This document shows positions 34,607-46,150 of a stretch of 55,067 nt of DNA, in pieces; positions within the stretch are counted from its first letter, which is position 1, and each line of letters begins with the position of its first letter. Where the stretch lies: positions 565,873 through 620,939 of the forward strand of contig WELA01003054.1 of assembly GCA_009602735.1 (NCBI GenBank), given 5' to 3'. The notes beneath the pieces were generated by a model. That model did no database searches. It had not been told where the DNA came from and saw nothing but the letters and a program-made list of their open reading frames with translations. The translations under genes and the position numbers were made by a program. The stretch is from Mesotaenium endlicherianum (Eukaryota).

Positions 34607-37496
34607 GACAGACATGTGTGCAGAGCTAGTCGGATACAAGACAAAAGACAGGACCTCAAGAATCTAAGAGCTCTGCACTTCCGCGTATCTCCACGGCCTA
34701 TGTTTTGGTTATGCTACCTGCCGCAGACGTGTTGTGGTGGATGCAGTATTTTCTGCCTGTTCTTTGTGCAGAGTTGTTCGTCTTCCCCCTCCCCCTTCCC
34801 CTCTTCCACCTCTTCCTTTCCCTTTCATGCCTCTCTCCTGTCCCGTCACCCCTCTCTTGCCATCCTTATGACCTCCCGCCATCTGCTGCTCACTGGGGCA
34901 CCCTCCCGGGAGTTCCCCTCCTCTCTACTAAACACATGCTATATCATGCAGGTTGCAAAGCAGGCTCAGGTTGGGGGGCAGGTGGCAGGTCCAAAGAAGG
35001 CGCAAGGCGGAGGGGGGGGGCATGGCGGTGCCGGCGGCCAGGGCATGTACCTCACGGACTTGACACCTGGTGGCCCTGGCATACGGCAGCTTGAAGTTGC
35101 CCTGCGAGCTGGGCAGTGGCAGCGGGCTGAGCATCAGCGGCGAGGGCAGTTGCGGCGGCGGTGTGCTAGGTCTGTGGCTCTCTTTCTCCCTCTCGCTTGC
35201 CAGGCCGTTTGCCCGCCCGCCCACTTACGCAGTCACCTGCCTCCACCGTGCCTCCCTCCTCTCTTCCTGTTGAGGCTTTTGTAGGGGGAGTGACATGGGC
35301 GCGATATGCAGCCTCCTCTGTGTCGCTCCTTTCAGCAATGGATGGGTCCCACATCCTTCTGATCCTTGCGCTGCATGTGACCTTCATGCTGGAATTTGCG
35401 CTATGTTTTAGAGTATGGACGCAGGTTGTTTCACTCAGAAGGAGCTGTCGCATGAAGAAAAGACCATGATATAATTATTTATTTCCCCCCCGGCCCCCAA
35501 AATATGGAAAAAGGTCACAGGTGCATTACTAGCCAGAATTGGCCCCAAGTTCTGTTTGAGGATGAGACTCTTGATGACGGATGAAAAGGAGAATTATGAG
35601 TTCAGATACAAATATTTTTAAGAACATGAGTTTTTAATAAGTAAATATGAACTAGTGCAATTTTACATAACCGGCAGCTGCATGTGATATGAACCTCTTC
35701 ACATGGATTTACTTTTACACAAGACAAAATACACCTTATATTTGAGCCAAATTTATGACAAGTTATTATGATCAGTTATGAAACTTGTGTGCTGTGTCAT
35801 CAATAAACTTGATATCAAATCCAATGATAACAAGAGTTGGTAAGGGTAAAATAAGAAATTCCGAGATTGCAAGCACACTTAAGGGTGTCGTTCCATACGG
35901 CGTCAGTTAATTCTGTACGCTATGATCGTGAGCGTGGCTTACAAGTACAATCAATTTGAAATTTGACGCGCTGCAATGATCACAACCGATCTAAATCTTG
36001 CGACTAAAACTCTAAGCTTCTCAGTTTGCGATTTGATCTACCTAGCACGCTGAATCTAAGTATCGTATTGTTAAGTTGTTGACGTGCACAAACATTTGAT
36101 TTGAATAGAATTGAACAAAGAGCATGCGTGAAGTTGCTCCAAACTTTGGTTCACTGGTAGTGACTATGTGGAGTTAACCTAAAGTATCCATAAATGTACA
36201 ATTAGTAGTAAGCTAGCTACTCCAACCTTTCCACTATGTCTTAAAGTTTAACCGGATGCTGACATTCTTAAGAAAGAAATTCTTAGTTGCATCAAAATCT
36301 GTCCCATAGTATTGTGCATATGAAGAATTATGCATTGTGTCAAGCTAGATGCAAACAATATATACAAACAAACATGTCAAAAATTGCATACTAACAAAGG
36401 TTGCCATGCCACACAACCCCCATTAAGCAGGTCGACATTTCACTCAATGGCTTGATGGGGGAACTTCACAGACATGTCGCAACTGAGAGCAATCAAAGGG
36501 AGACTCACAATGAACAATCACAAGGAAAGAAGAAGTTGCTCTTTCCACTCAGAGCCCGGCCCGCGCACCCTTGCACTTGCCCATGCAGCTTTAGAAATCA
36601 AGAATTGCCTGCAGCCCGGCCTGGCGTTGAGCAGCCCAAAGCCCAAAGCCGAAATCCGTAACTTATAATCTTCATTCTAGGATTCACTTTCACTGGCGGA
36701 TTTATAAGTGCTACACGCTGTGCCGACCTGCAAAGTGTGCGGAGCGCGTGAGAGAGGGAGAAAGTAGCCATGCCTGCTGTGATGCCAGAGGCCCCGGCCA
36801 AAGCCCCTAACGCAGAAACTCTAACTCGAAGCCCAACCTTGCTGCAAGTTGCGACTGTACAATTCCAAATCTCTGAAGCAAGGGTCGCCTTCCACTTGCG
36901 GAACAGCAGGCGGGGCCGGGCAGCAAGGTCACCTGTCATTTCTTTGCCTTTTATATTCTTGATCTTTCTTCCATTTTTGTTCCTGTTTGATCTCTTTGTC
37001 GGGGAAAGAAGAGGTATTCAAGGGGCCCCCCTTGATCCAAAGTGGCACAGGTAGCAAGCACGTGCTTGCAGGGTGCTTCCGCAGCCCAGTCACCCTCCAA
37101 AAGAAATTGCGTCTACGCGTTCGGCGCCTAGAAGTTTGGGGTTGAAGCATGCAGAATATAAACCTAGGGTTTAGAGTTTACCTGGGTTGAAGGTTTGAGA
37201 TACGAGTATGCCTTAAGTTGCTTAAATAAGAAGGTGAAGACAACAGGCGAAACATCCCACAAGGGAATAACCATAGGCTCAAATGCTCAAATGCCGGGTG
37301 GGATGGAAGAGACGAAGCAATGTTAATAATGCTTCGAGTCGAGTGTCGACCCCGAGGGTCCCTGTAGGGTAGCGGGCGCTGCCAGCTGGCAGTGCAGCGG
37401 GCGAGCGCGCCAGGTGGCGTGCCGTCAGGAGGGGAAGAAGGGGACGATGACGTAGGGCGCGGAGCAGACCATGCCGAGCGAGCCACCCAGCAGCAC

Positions 37497-37910
37497 GTAG
37501 CGTCACATGGCGTCGCGCACCCGTCGCGTCATCAGTTCCCTCTCCTGAGGGGCTTCACACGCGCAAGAAGAGAGCAGGTAGCGCCACATGGCGTCATCAG
37601 CTCCCTCGCCTGAGGAACTCCACGCGCGCAGGCGGAAGGAGAGGCAGTGGCACGCAGGCAGACGGGATTTGAAGTGTGCTATTTACATTTCGATTTCTTT
37701 CCTTAATCATCTCATGAGGGGCTTCACTCTGCCAGGCGAAGGAGGTCACAGCAGCACGCATATTCTGTTCGTGTTGTACATTCATCTGAGTTTCATGCGC
37801 ACAAGAAGAAGAAGCCCCAGTAGCATGCGCACGGACAGGGTTGCATTGCACTCCCTCAACTCGGACTTCCTTCCTTCTTCGGAGGAGCTTCAAGCGCGCG
37901 AAAGAAGAAC
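37497..37910 (+). repeat. About five degenerate copies of a motif like TCTCCTGAGGGGCTTCACGCGCGCAAGAAG
   Basis: Copies near 37526, 37590, 37707, 37782 and 37872; the first two are ~64 bp apart. Confidence 0.6.
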
Positions 37911-38366
37911 AACAACGGGTAGTCGTTGTAGCATGGGCACACAAACAGAAGATGCCGCGTTACGTTTTTTCCAAGTCGAGGGAAAGCCCCATGCTGAGTT
38001 GTGCGATTCCAAGACATGAACAGGGTGAAGTGAAAGGCCGGTTGGGAGGCCCTACGCGTATTAAGCGTATGCACACGGATCGTCAACGTGCATGAGATTG
38101 TGCGCAGTCGGAATTGTGTGGTGTGCAAGGTTTTGGGAATGTGTGTGTGCGTGTGTGTGTCTGTGGGCGAGATTCTGTGAATGTGTGTGCGTGCACGCGT
38201 GCATGCATGTGTGTGTGTTTGTGCGTGTGTGTGTGCGCGCGCGCACGTGCGTGTGGTCACGTAGAGCGGGCATTCAAATTTCGGCCCCCAGTCAGGCGCA
38301 AGTTGCAACCAGCACCCCCTCCAACTTAAGTCCTACATCGCATGCTGAGCTAGACCGCCCTTGCTG

Positions 38367-38635
38367 AAACCCTAAACCGAACAGCGAGCTCAGGGCCTTG
38401 GCCAGCCAGTTCGCATAGCCATGGGACAAAAGGGCAGCTTGAAACCCCCCCCCCTAAATCCCACCAACCCCCTCCCACCGGGGGCCCCTAAGTTCTAAAC
38501 CCTAGTTCTAACCCTAAAACCAACACCCTGCTTCTTCCAACCTATCGACCTTGTAAGCAGCCCTGTTCTGATCTTTGGGCCCACAAGCCTTCTTTGAAAA
38601 ACCTTAGCCCTAATCCTAGCCCTAAACCTAATCCT
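38367..38635 (+). repeat. Cluster of degenerate telomere-like / telo-box motifs (AAACCCTA and variants)
   Basis: aaaccctaaac, ctaaaccctagttctaaccctaaaac, gccctaatcctagccctaaacctaatcc. Related motifs occur at ~37160, 42007-42080, 50438-50500 and 51666-51688. Confidence 0.6.
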
Positions 38636-38803
38636 GACAACCACAAGCCCCGCTTGGCATCCTTACACCCCGCGCTACCCCAAGCACCCTTTGAACTTGA
38701 AACACGCAGGATGGACGCGCGGCGACACGTGACAAGTGACACGTGGCAGCGCCCGCCCCACAGAGGACACGTGGCACCCTGCGAGCGCACGCACGCCACC
38801 TAC

Positions 38804-39100
38804 CTGGGCCTTGCTGGCAAAGGCGCAATCTTCTTGTGCGCAATCCACACGTGCTCACGGTTGGAGTTGTAGATGTGAAGTTGTACGCTGCACGCGGCGC
38901 AAGCCAGCACACACATGCGCATGCATGCGCTCGCGTCATTGTGTGAGAAGAAGGATGTGGCATGCAGATTCCCACGAAGTCAGAGTGGACGCTGCATGCA
39001 GCAACTGCCATGCAGCACTCACACGCCCATGCGTGTGTCGTTGACGTCAGCAGGGTGCAGCACGCCAGTGCCCACACACTCTCCTACATTGCTACACACA

Positions 39101-39141
<41 letters not shown>

Positions 39142-39305
39142 ACAGACCCACCCTCCCTCCCTCAGCCCCCCACTCACTCATCCCGTGAGAGCTGACGCTG
39201 CATCCAGCGCAAGCACACACAGGTATGTGCGCTGTGCAAGTGTCTGCAAAATGCAGCACGCACGCACCAACACACTCTGTCACACGCGCGCCCGCACTCA
39301 CACGC

Positions 39306-39357
<52 letters not shown>

Positions 39358-41147
39358 GTGCACACAGACAAACACACACATGCGCGCGCGCAGAGGGTGT
39401 TGTTGGCACTTGTGCAAAAGCGCGAATGCGTGCTCACGTGTCCGGATGTGGCTACATGTGAGCGTGTGTGAAGATGCATGAGCGCATGCACATGTGTGTG
39501 TGTGCGTGTGTGTGTGTGCTTTGTGCGTGCACATGCGCATGTCTGTGTTGTACGTGCAGAGTGTGTGAGCACAAGCCCCGAGCACACATGCATGCATATG
39601 CAGGTGCACATATGATGCATGCACGCGCGCGCTCAGGTGTGAGCGTGCGCATGTGGCCGCGTGCGTATACGTGCAAAAATACATGCCAGTGCAAGCGGGC
39701 GGGCTTGCAGCTGGCGGCACCTGCTCTTGCCAGCTGTGAAACCGTGGAGGTCGAGCATCTAATACAGCCCTAAGGGGTGACCACCGTTTGCCTCCTGCTG
39801 CGGTCCCCCCCCCCCTCTGATCCTCACCCTCACAGGCCTTCTCTATTTCTTGCCTCCCTGTGTCCCCACCCCCAACACCACCCCCACCCCTACCCCCACC
39901 CTCACTCCCTCCTCTCCTGCTCTTGCTCCTGCTTCCCCCTTCTCCTCCGGCTTCTGCTTCTGCTCCTGCTCCTGCTGCCGGAGCTGCTGAATCTCCTCCT
40001 GCTCCTGCGTCGTCCTTTGGATGAAGAGAATCAACAGCAGCGCTTGACCCCCTCTCATCTGCGGGGGGCGTAAGAGTGGGGAGGGGGGAGAGGGGGAGAA
40101 GGAGGAGAAGAGGAGGGGAGAATGGTGGGGAGAAAGAAAGGCAAGGAGAGGGGAGAGGAAGGAGATAAAGAAGGAGGAGGAGGAGGACGAGTCGCAGCAG
40201 CAGCAGGAGTTGCGGTAGCGTGGGGGGGAGCGTGAGATGGAGGAGAAGGGAGGGGAGGGAGACGAGAGCAAGGAGAGGAGGGAGCAGCACAAAAAGGAGA
40301 GAGGGAGAGGAGAGGATGCGTGGTGTGGGCGCCGGCTCCTGCCGGCCCCTGCTTGGCTTGCTCCTCGGGGGGAGCCGTGCCAGCTGGCGCCTCGTGAGCG
40401 CGGGGCGCGGGGGGGGCCCGTGTCGTCTGTCCCCCGCCGGCCTTCCATGAGGTGGCGCAGCGAGGTGGCGATCGACTGCGGTGCTGCCCTTGCCGCCTGC
40501 CACAGCTGCGAGACAGAAGGAAACGACCCTGCCGCCCACGATGAGCAGACAGTGAGCTCTCGCCCTGCTGCCCCTGCAGCCTCCCCCACTCCCCTCCCGC
40601 TGACACCTGGACCGTTGCCGCCGGCGCCTCTGCTGCCGGCGCCAGCTGTGGGCCTCACCCCTCCGCTGCCGCCCACTTTGCCAGAGGCTCTGCCACCTGG
40701 CAACTGCGGCCGGGGCGGGGGGGCCTGCGCGCCCGCGTGCGGCTGTGCGGCTCGGACAAAGGCTCGCCATTGGGATTGAGCTCGTGCCAGAGATCCACGA
40801 GCAGCATGGCCGTGCTCCGGACGGCCGCCATCAGCGAGCTCCTCGTCACCTGTGGATGCGACAGGTGGCACCAGGTGGCACCGTGTCATGCCAGGTGGCG
40901 GGGGCAGGCGGGTAGGGGTAGAAGGTAGGTGGAGGGGGGGNNNNNNNNNNNNNNNNNNNNNNNNNNNNNNNNGAAGGTAGGTGGAGGGGGGGGGGAGGGG
41001 AGGGGGCAATGGGGAGGACTGACAAGAGAACCTGAACCAGCTGACTACCCCGCCCCTAAAGCAGGACCCTCCGGCAAACGATATAGTACCTGTCAAGTGT
41101 TGCAGACGGCCCCCACCGACACACGCAGCGATCATCATGCCCCACAT
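38804..41147 (-). CDS. Putative multi-exon gene of unknown function (partial model)
   Basis: Phase-consistent GT-AG exons 40058-39721, 39197-39178 (20 nt, donor GTGAGT) and 38887-38804 give ...LRAVLDARPPRFHSWQEQ|RQLSRDD|VQLHIYNSNREHVWIAHKKIAPLPARPR. Upstream candidate exons are 41147-41090 and 40849 to ~40400 (donor unresolved). Confidence 0.5.
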
Positions 41148-42301
41148 CTGCAAAACCCCGGTGGCTCAGTTGGCAAGGGGCTTCCTTTGTCCCGCAAGCG
41201 TACAACACATGCGTGCGTGCGGGCACGCGCACGTGCAGGCGCGTGTGCGTGCGCTCGAAAGTCTTTCAGGTCTCGCAGACCGCGGGGGAGGGAGAAAACC
41301 TCTCGCATCAATTTTGTGAAAACGCTCACTAGAAACTACTGCCGGCAAACGCGAGAGCGCGTGCTGGCGGATTGAGATGGGGACTCAGGGTGGAGGCCCG
41401 AGAATGAGGGTTTTGGAGTTAAGCCACGGGGTGAAATGTTTGCCCCAAGCAGCAGTCGCTCCTTCACCAGCCGGCTTCCTGCCAGCTCCCTCTCCCTCTA
41501 CTGTACCCCTCTGCACTGCTCTGCTCTGCTCTGGCTGCCTGCCCCACCGGCGTGTGCGCTTAAAGACGCCGTCCAACGCCTGCCGTGGAACCTGCCAGCA
41601 GTCTTGTGTTTTTCACATGCCTTGTATGACAGCAAAGCACTTTCCGCACACTTTTGACTGCCCGGAATGCGCGCTGAGGGGTGGGGGCGGATGATGTGGG
41701 TGACAGGAGATATAGCGCCACATGAACACACTTTTTCTGAATCAGAATTACAATCCCGCCGAGCTGCCAGCCATCTGTTGGACGTGGACGGAACCTCTTT
41801 GTCCCCCTCCCCCCTCCCCCCTCCNCTCAATGAACGCACGCGTCGATGAGCGTGGTGTATGTCCTCTGCGGGCGCGAGGGGAGTGTCCAGGCTCGCGTGT
41901 CAGGGCCCGGAGGAGGAGGCCCCGCACTCAGAGGGCGCACACTCACCAAACAGCAGCAGTGCCTGCCTGGCAGCTGCACCGATCCCGCAGCCCGCGGCAA
42001 GTTCAAGGTTTAGGGTATGAGATTGATTTCAGAGGAGGCAAATCAAGAAGTGGGCATTACGGTGCGGGGCTTTTAGGGTTCCCCATCAGCCGAGGCAGTT
42101 TCACTCAAAGGGGGACGGGCTCTCTGTGGAGGCAGTGAGATCGTCGACAGACAGGCAGGCAGGCAGGCAGGCAGAGACAGACAGGCAGGCAGAGACGGAC
42201 AGGCAGACAGGCAGTCAGATAGGCAGGCAGGCAGGCAGATAGATAGAAAAGCAGACAGGCACGCAGGCAGGAAGAGAAGCGGGCGGGCAGGCAGGGGGTA
42301 C

Positions 42302-42508
42302 CTGCGCAGCAGATGCCCCCGGGGCACGAGGGGTCGTACGTGCACGAGCACTTGTTGGCACTGGCCGCGCATTTTCCGTCGGCGCAGCAGTATGGCAGGT
42401 TACGGGGGCACGCCAGCTGGCGGTTTGCAAGCGTGCGGCAGTCCTTGCACACTTGGCGGCCATTCACAAACACGCCGTTGCTGCACAGGCCGCGCACCAT
42501 GCTGCTGC
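42302..42508 (-). CDS. Exon encoding a Cys-rich module (copy B)
   Basis: Acceptor CCGCAG, donor G|GTACCC, 207 nt, phase 1-1, GC3-rich. Encodes GSSMVRGLCSNGVFVNGRQVCKDCRTLANRQLACPRNLPYCCADGKCAASANKCSCTYDPSCPGGICCA. Confidence 0.7.
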
Positions 42509-42608
42509 CTGCGGAGCAAATGATCCAGGGGTAGGGCAGCAATTCACGAGTTAAAATACATTATAAGTATCAACATGTGCACACAAATTCCAAGCTTCAA
42601 GTATGAAA

Positions 42609-42640
<32 letters not shown>

Positions 42641-42918
42641 ACACACACGTGCGCACACACACACACACGCATGCACACGCGCGCATGTGAGAACCAGAAC
42701 ATGTAACAAGAGCACACTCATACACACACGCACGCGCCCACTCCAAAGGATGCACCAGATGTACTCATTGAACGCGCAGACATGCACGAGAACGAGAAGA
42801 AGCACTTAAGAAACAAGGGCAAGGGTCCAGGGAAGAAGCAAGTGACCATCTTTACCGGCTGCAGCTTATCTTGCTTCAATCTCTGCAGCAAAAGTAGGCG
42901 AGGCAGTCGTAGGTGGCG

Positions 42919-43098
42919 CCACATGCAGGAGCACCGGCCGGCCAACACCTGACAGGTGCCGTCGCTGCAGCGCAAGCTGGCGCTTGCAGGGCACGCCAGC
43001 TGTTGCGCGGGGAAGCCCGTGCAGTCCTTGCACACCCGCTTGCCGCCCGCAAAGGGCGCAGGGGCGCAGTGGCTGCACTTGTAGGCGTCGCCTCCGCC
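42919..43098 (-). CDS. Cys-rich module (copy A), possibly a pseudo-exon
   Basis: Encodes GGGDAYKCSHCAPAPFAGGKRVCKDCTGFPAQQLACPASASLRCSDGTCQVLAGRCSCMW and aligns without gaps to copy B. An in-frame TGA lies just upstream within a short duplication, and the splice sites are unclear. Confidence 0.55.
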
Positions 43099-46000
43099 AG
43101 CTCAGCAGGATCGCCAGCTCAGCAGAATCGCGACACAATTGTGAGAATGGAGTAGGAGAGTTGCATGAGTGACCAAAGAGACTTAAAAAGAACCAGATTA
43201 TGTGTACACGTATGTGCTGTGGTCCAGTAGACGTCAGATTTTGCACACAATATATACCATGAATATACACACTGCACAAATGCATTCATGTGAAGACATG
43301 TATCTCACGAAATATGTGATGTCTGATATATACTATTGACGTGGAGAATGATATGTAAAAGCGTGATGCTTTTCGTCTTAATGTTCTTTACGCAGGACAG
43401 AAAGTTGGTCAAAAAGGCCGCATGAGGCGATGCATGTGCCGCATAGGCGACGACGTGGAGAGAGCGCACACAAGATATGAAGCGCAGACAAGATTCGATG
43501 AGTATTCACCTTCTGCGAAGGATCTGCGGACTGATCGAGGGGTCATACTAGTTCAGCGTACTGACTTTGCAGCATGGAGCACGCGCCCAACAGGAGGAAT
43601 CTGGCCACTAGAGAGTATTGTAGCAGCTGACGACAAGCACTACACGATCTCTTCCGTGCCCCCCCTCCCCCCTTTTGCTTTCTAACTGCCTTCTCCTCTG
43701 GACCCTGGACCCTCATCAAGCAGCATGCTCACAACGACTGGAACTGTTTCAATGCTTGTGCCTCACCAAGTGCTGCTTTGCTTCTGATGCCAGCCATAGA
43801 ATCGAAATGCACACAGTTAGAATGCCAAGACTTCTATGCCTGGTTGAAGCGGCAGCCGACTCCAAATTGCCCCAGGAGGAAAATGCCAGCAGGCGTGAAC
43901 CGTTCCAGATGCTCAGAGAGAGCAGAGGCACGCGCGCCTAGTGCTGACTGGTATACGTGGAGCGCAGGATCGAAGCCCTCCCACTCCCCTCGTCTCTCCC
44001 TCCGCCTCCCCCTCCCTCTCTGTGTGTGATACTTGGTCACTGCCCCGCAATGCTGGCTGGCTGACTAAGGGCCAAAACCCTGCACCAAAGGCTCTTCTAC
44101 CCCGCCCCTCCCGTCCAGACGTGCGCGGGGCATCGGCCCCATCAGCCCTGCCAGCCCTGTCAGCCAGAAAAGCAGCATGCGCCCAGGCTTGACTGACTCC
44201 AGCAGAGGCGAGTCCAGCAGAAGAAGGGGCGAGGGGCGGGGGAGCGGGGGGGGGGAGTGGGTCAAGTGAGCTTTTTGAAGATGTGCGGAGAAGCCTGAAG
44301 GTGAAGAGGTGCAAGCGGGAGTATTCCCAGGAGGGAGGACCCCCAAAGCATGCGACATGTAATTTCCATGCTTAGTGAGAAACAAGATTTGGAGTGGCAT
44401 GAGTGTATACCATAATTCAACATGTCGTGATATAAGTACAGTCAGGTCTAGTATAAGAAGGGAGTGATAGTGCAACAATTCATTTGCACAATGAAGTCTA
44501 CAAAATTGCTTGGACATTGCTTCTACATTAGGATAATATATTATTACCAATAATTAAACCGAAACATTGTAGAGACTAAAACTAGCTACAGCGACCGTGA
44601 TTCCTAGACATAGAATCTAGTAAAAAATATACTAGCTCTTGCGAAGGGCATGTACCCGCCCCACCCAACCGGCCACCACGCCCACTCTCGTGCTCGTCAG
44701 TCCCCTGACCTTACCCCACAGGCCATCTCCTCGCCCCGGCCCCCGCCCCTGCCGAGGGTGATATAGTTTCGTGCTTTACTTGCATTGAAGGTTAGTTTCT
44801 GCCCTATGTCTAAAAAGTTTCCACGAAATATGTCCCCCGGAATGTCGGGTGGTTCCGACGGAGGTTTGATAAAAATTCTTTGCAAGGACGACGCAAAGAC
44901 GTAAAGGACACAATTGACAAAGGTCGACAACCTGCCACGTGGTTACTACTATATGGTTTTCCCATGGTCGACAGTGCGCCGGCCAACGTGGTTTCTAGTG
45001 TCGAGATATCGACCTCGCCATGCCGAGTAAATGACTACTTAATAATCTCTACCCCAAACAGCTGGTTCGGGGCTGGTTTGGGAGGTTAAGCATCCGGGCA
45101 ATATCACGCGCTCGAGTGTGTTCACCGCGCAAAATTGCTGATTGAAGCAGGATTGAAGCAGAAACCTGAATCACGTGACACATCATACAGCATCAAACAG
45201 CGTCCAGTACAGCCCAGTACAAAGGTCCATGCCAGTCCATACGCATGTCGAGACTCCATAGGACACAAAAAGGACACACTGATCTATATCCTATATCCGT
45301 CCACAACTTATCCAACACATGCACGCGGATCTTCGAAGTTTGGCCTCTGTCTAAGTGTAATATCGTCTCTCTTCAATCTTGCCTGCTCTTGCCTATTGCG
45401 ACTGCCTGCCATGCGGGCTGTGGCCTGCCTGTGCCTGCCTATCTTTGTTGTGGACGCTTCTGTCTTGCTGCACTGTCAAATTAATTTTTGAACATAGTGG
45501 ACTCCGCGCCACACAGCGCGTGCGATGAAATCCAAAAATGTAGGTGAACGCTAGATCACATCATTTTTGAGCTGTATCACGGTCGACACCAAGGTTCGTT
45601 TTAGGCTCGGGTTTTTTTGTGCACCGACAGGCAGAGCCTCCGTCTGAGTCTCCAAAGATGTTGGAGCTGGTAGTCCAGCAGGCAAAACGGACCAAACCAG
45701 ACCACACTGGAGCACCATATAATGGAGTCGATTTGCTCGAGAGCACAGCAGTTATAATTGTCTCGGTCTCGAACACCTCGATCAACCTAGAGCTTTGAGC
45801 GGCTCTTCTTAAGCACTCGAGTACGCTCTGCCAGTATAAGTTTCACGCGCACACTCGATTTCGCCTTCCGCTTCCCTCATAGTTGAAACCCAACAGAGAG
45901 CTTACAACATATATATACCAGTCTATAGCTCCTTATACCTTTGAGTGTGCTCACTCTTCAAGAGGCAAAGGATTTCTTGAGCAGACCATACTCTTAGTCC

Positions 46001-46150
46001 TTGTCCTATATAGAGGGCTATCAAGTCTGTGAGGATATTCACTAGTGCTCTTGTTCATAATCCTCATCAAAACAAGCTTCACTCAAAAAAACAAAACAAT
46101 CTTCTTGCCTTTTTTAGCCTGAAAACCAAGAGCTCGTGTTATACAGAAAA

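Larger units (their letters stand above)
2604..41825. other. Assembly gaps (N runs)
   Basis: N at 2604-2813, 10683-11360, 13387, 15168-15243, 16301-17093, 40941-40972 and 41825. Most border poly-C/G or (CT)n tracts. Confidence 0.99.

Noticed and set aside
35879..35896. TTAAGGGTGTCGTTCC as a possible PIF/Harbinger terminal repeat
   Set aside because: No matching inverted end found nearby.
37856..38051. Minus-strand HLLFVCPCYND, resembling a LINE C-terminal Cys/His motif or a terminal exon of the unknown gene
   Set aside because: Too short, no RT nearby, and the two readings cannot be separated.
43395..44330. Exon-like plus-strand blocks (LECQDFYAWLKRQP, SELFEDVRRSLK)
   Set aside because: In-frame stops and no coherent model or family; possibly a decayed gene.
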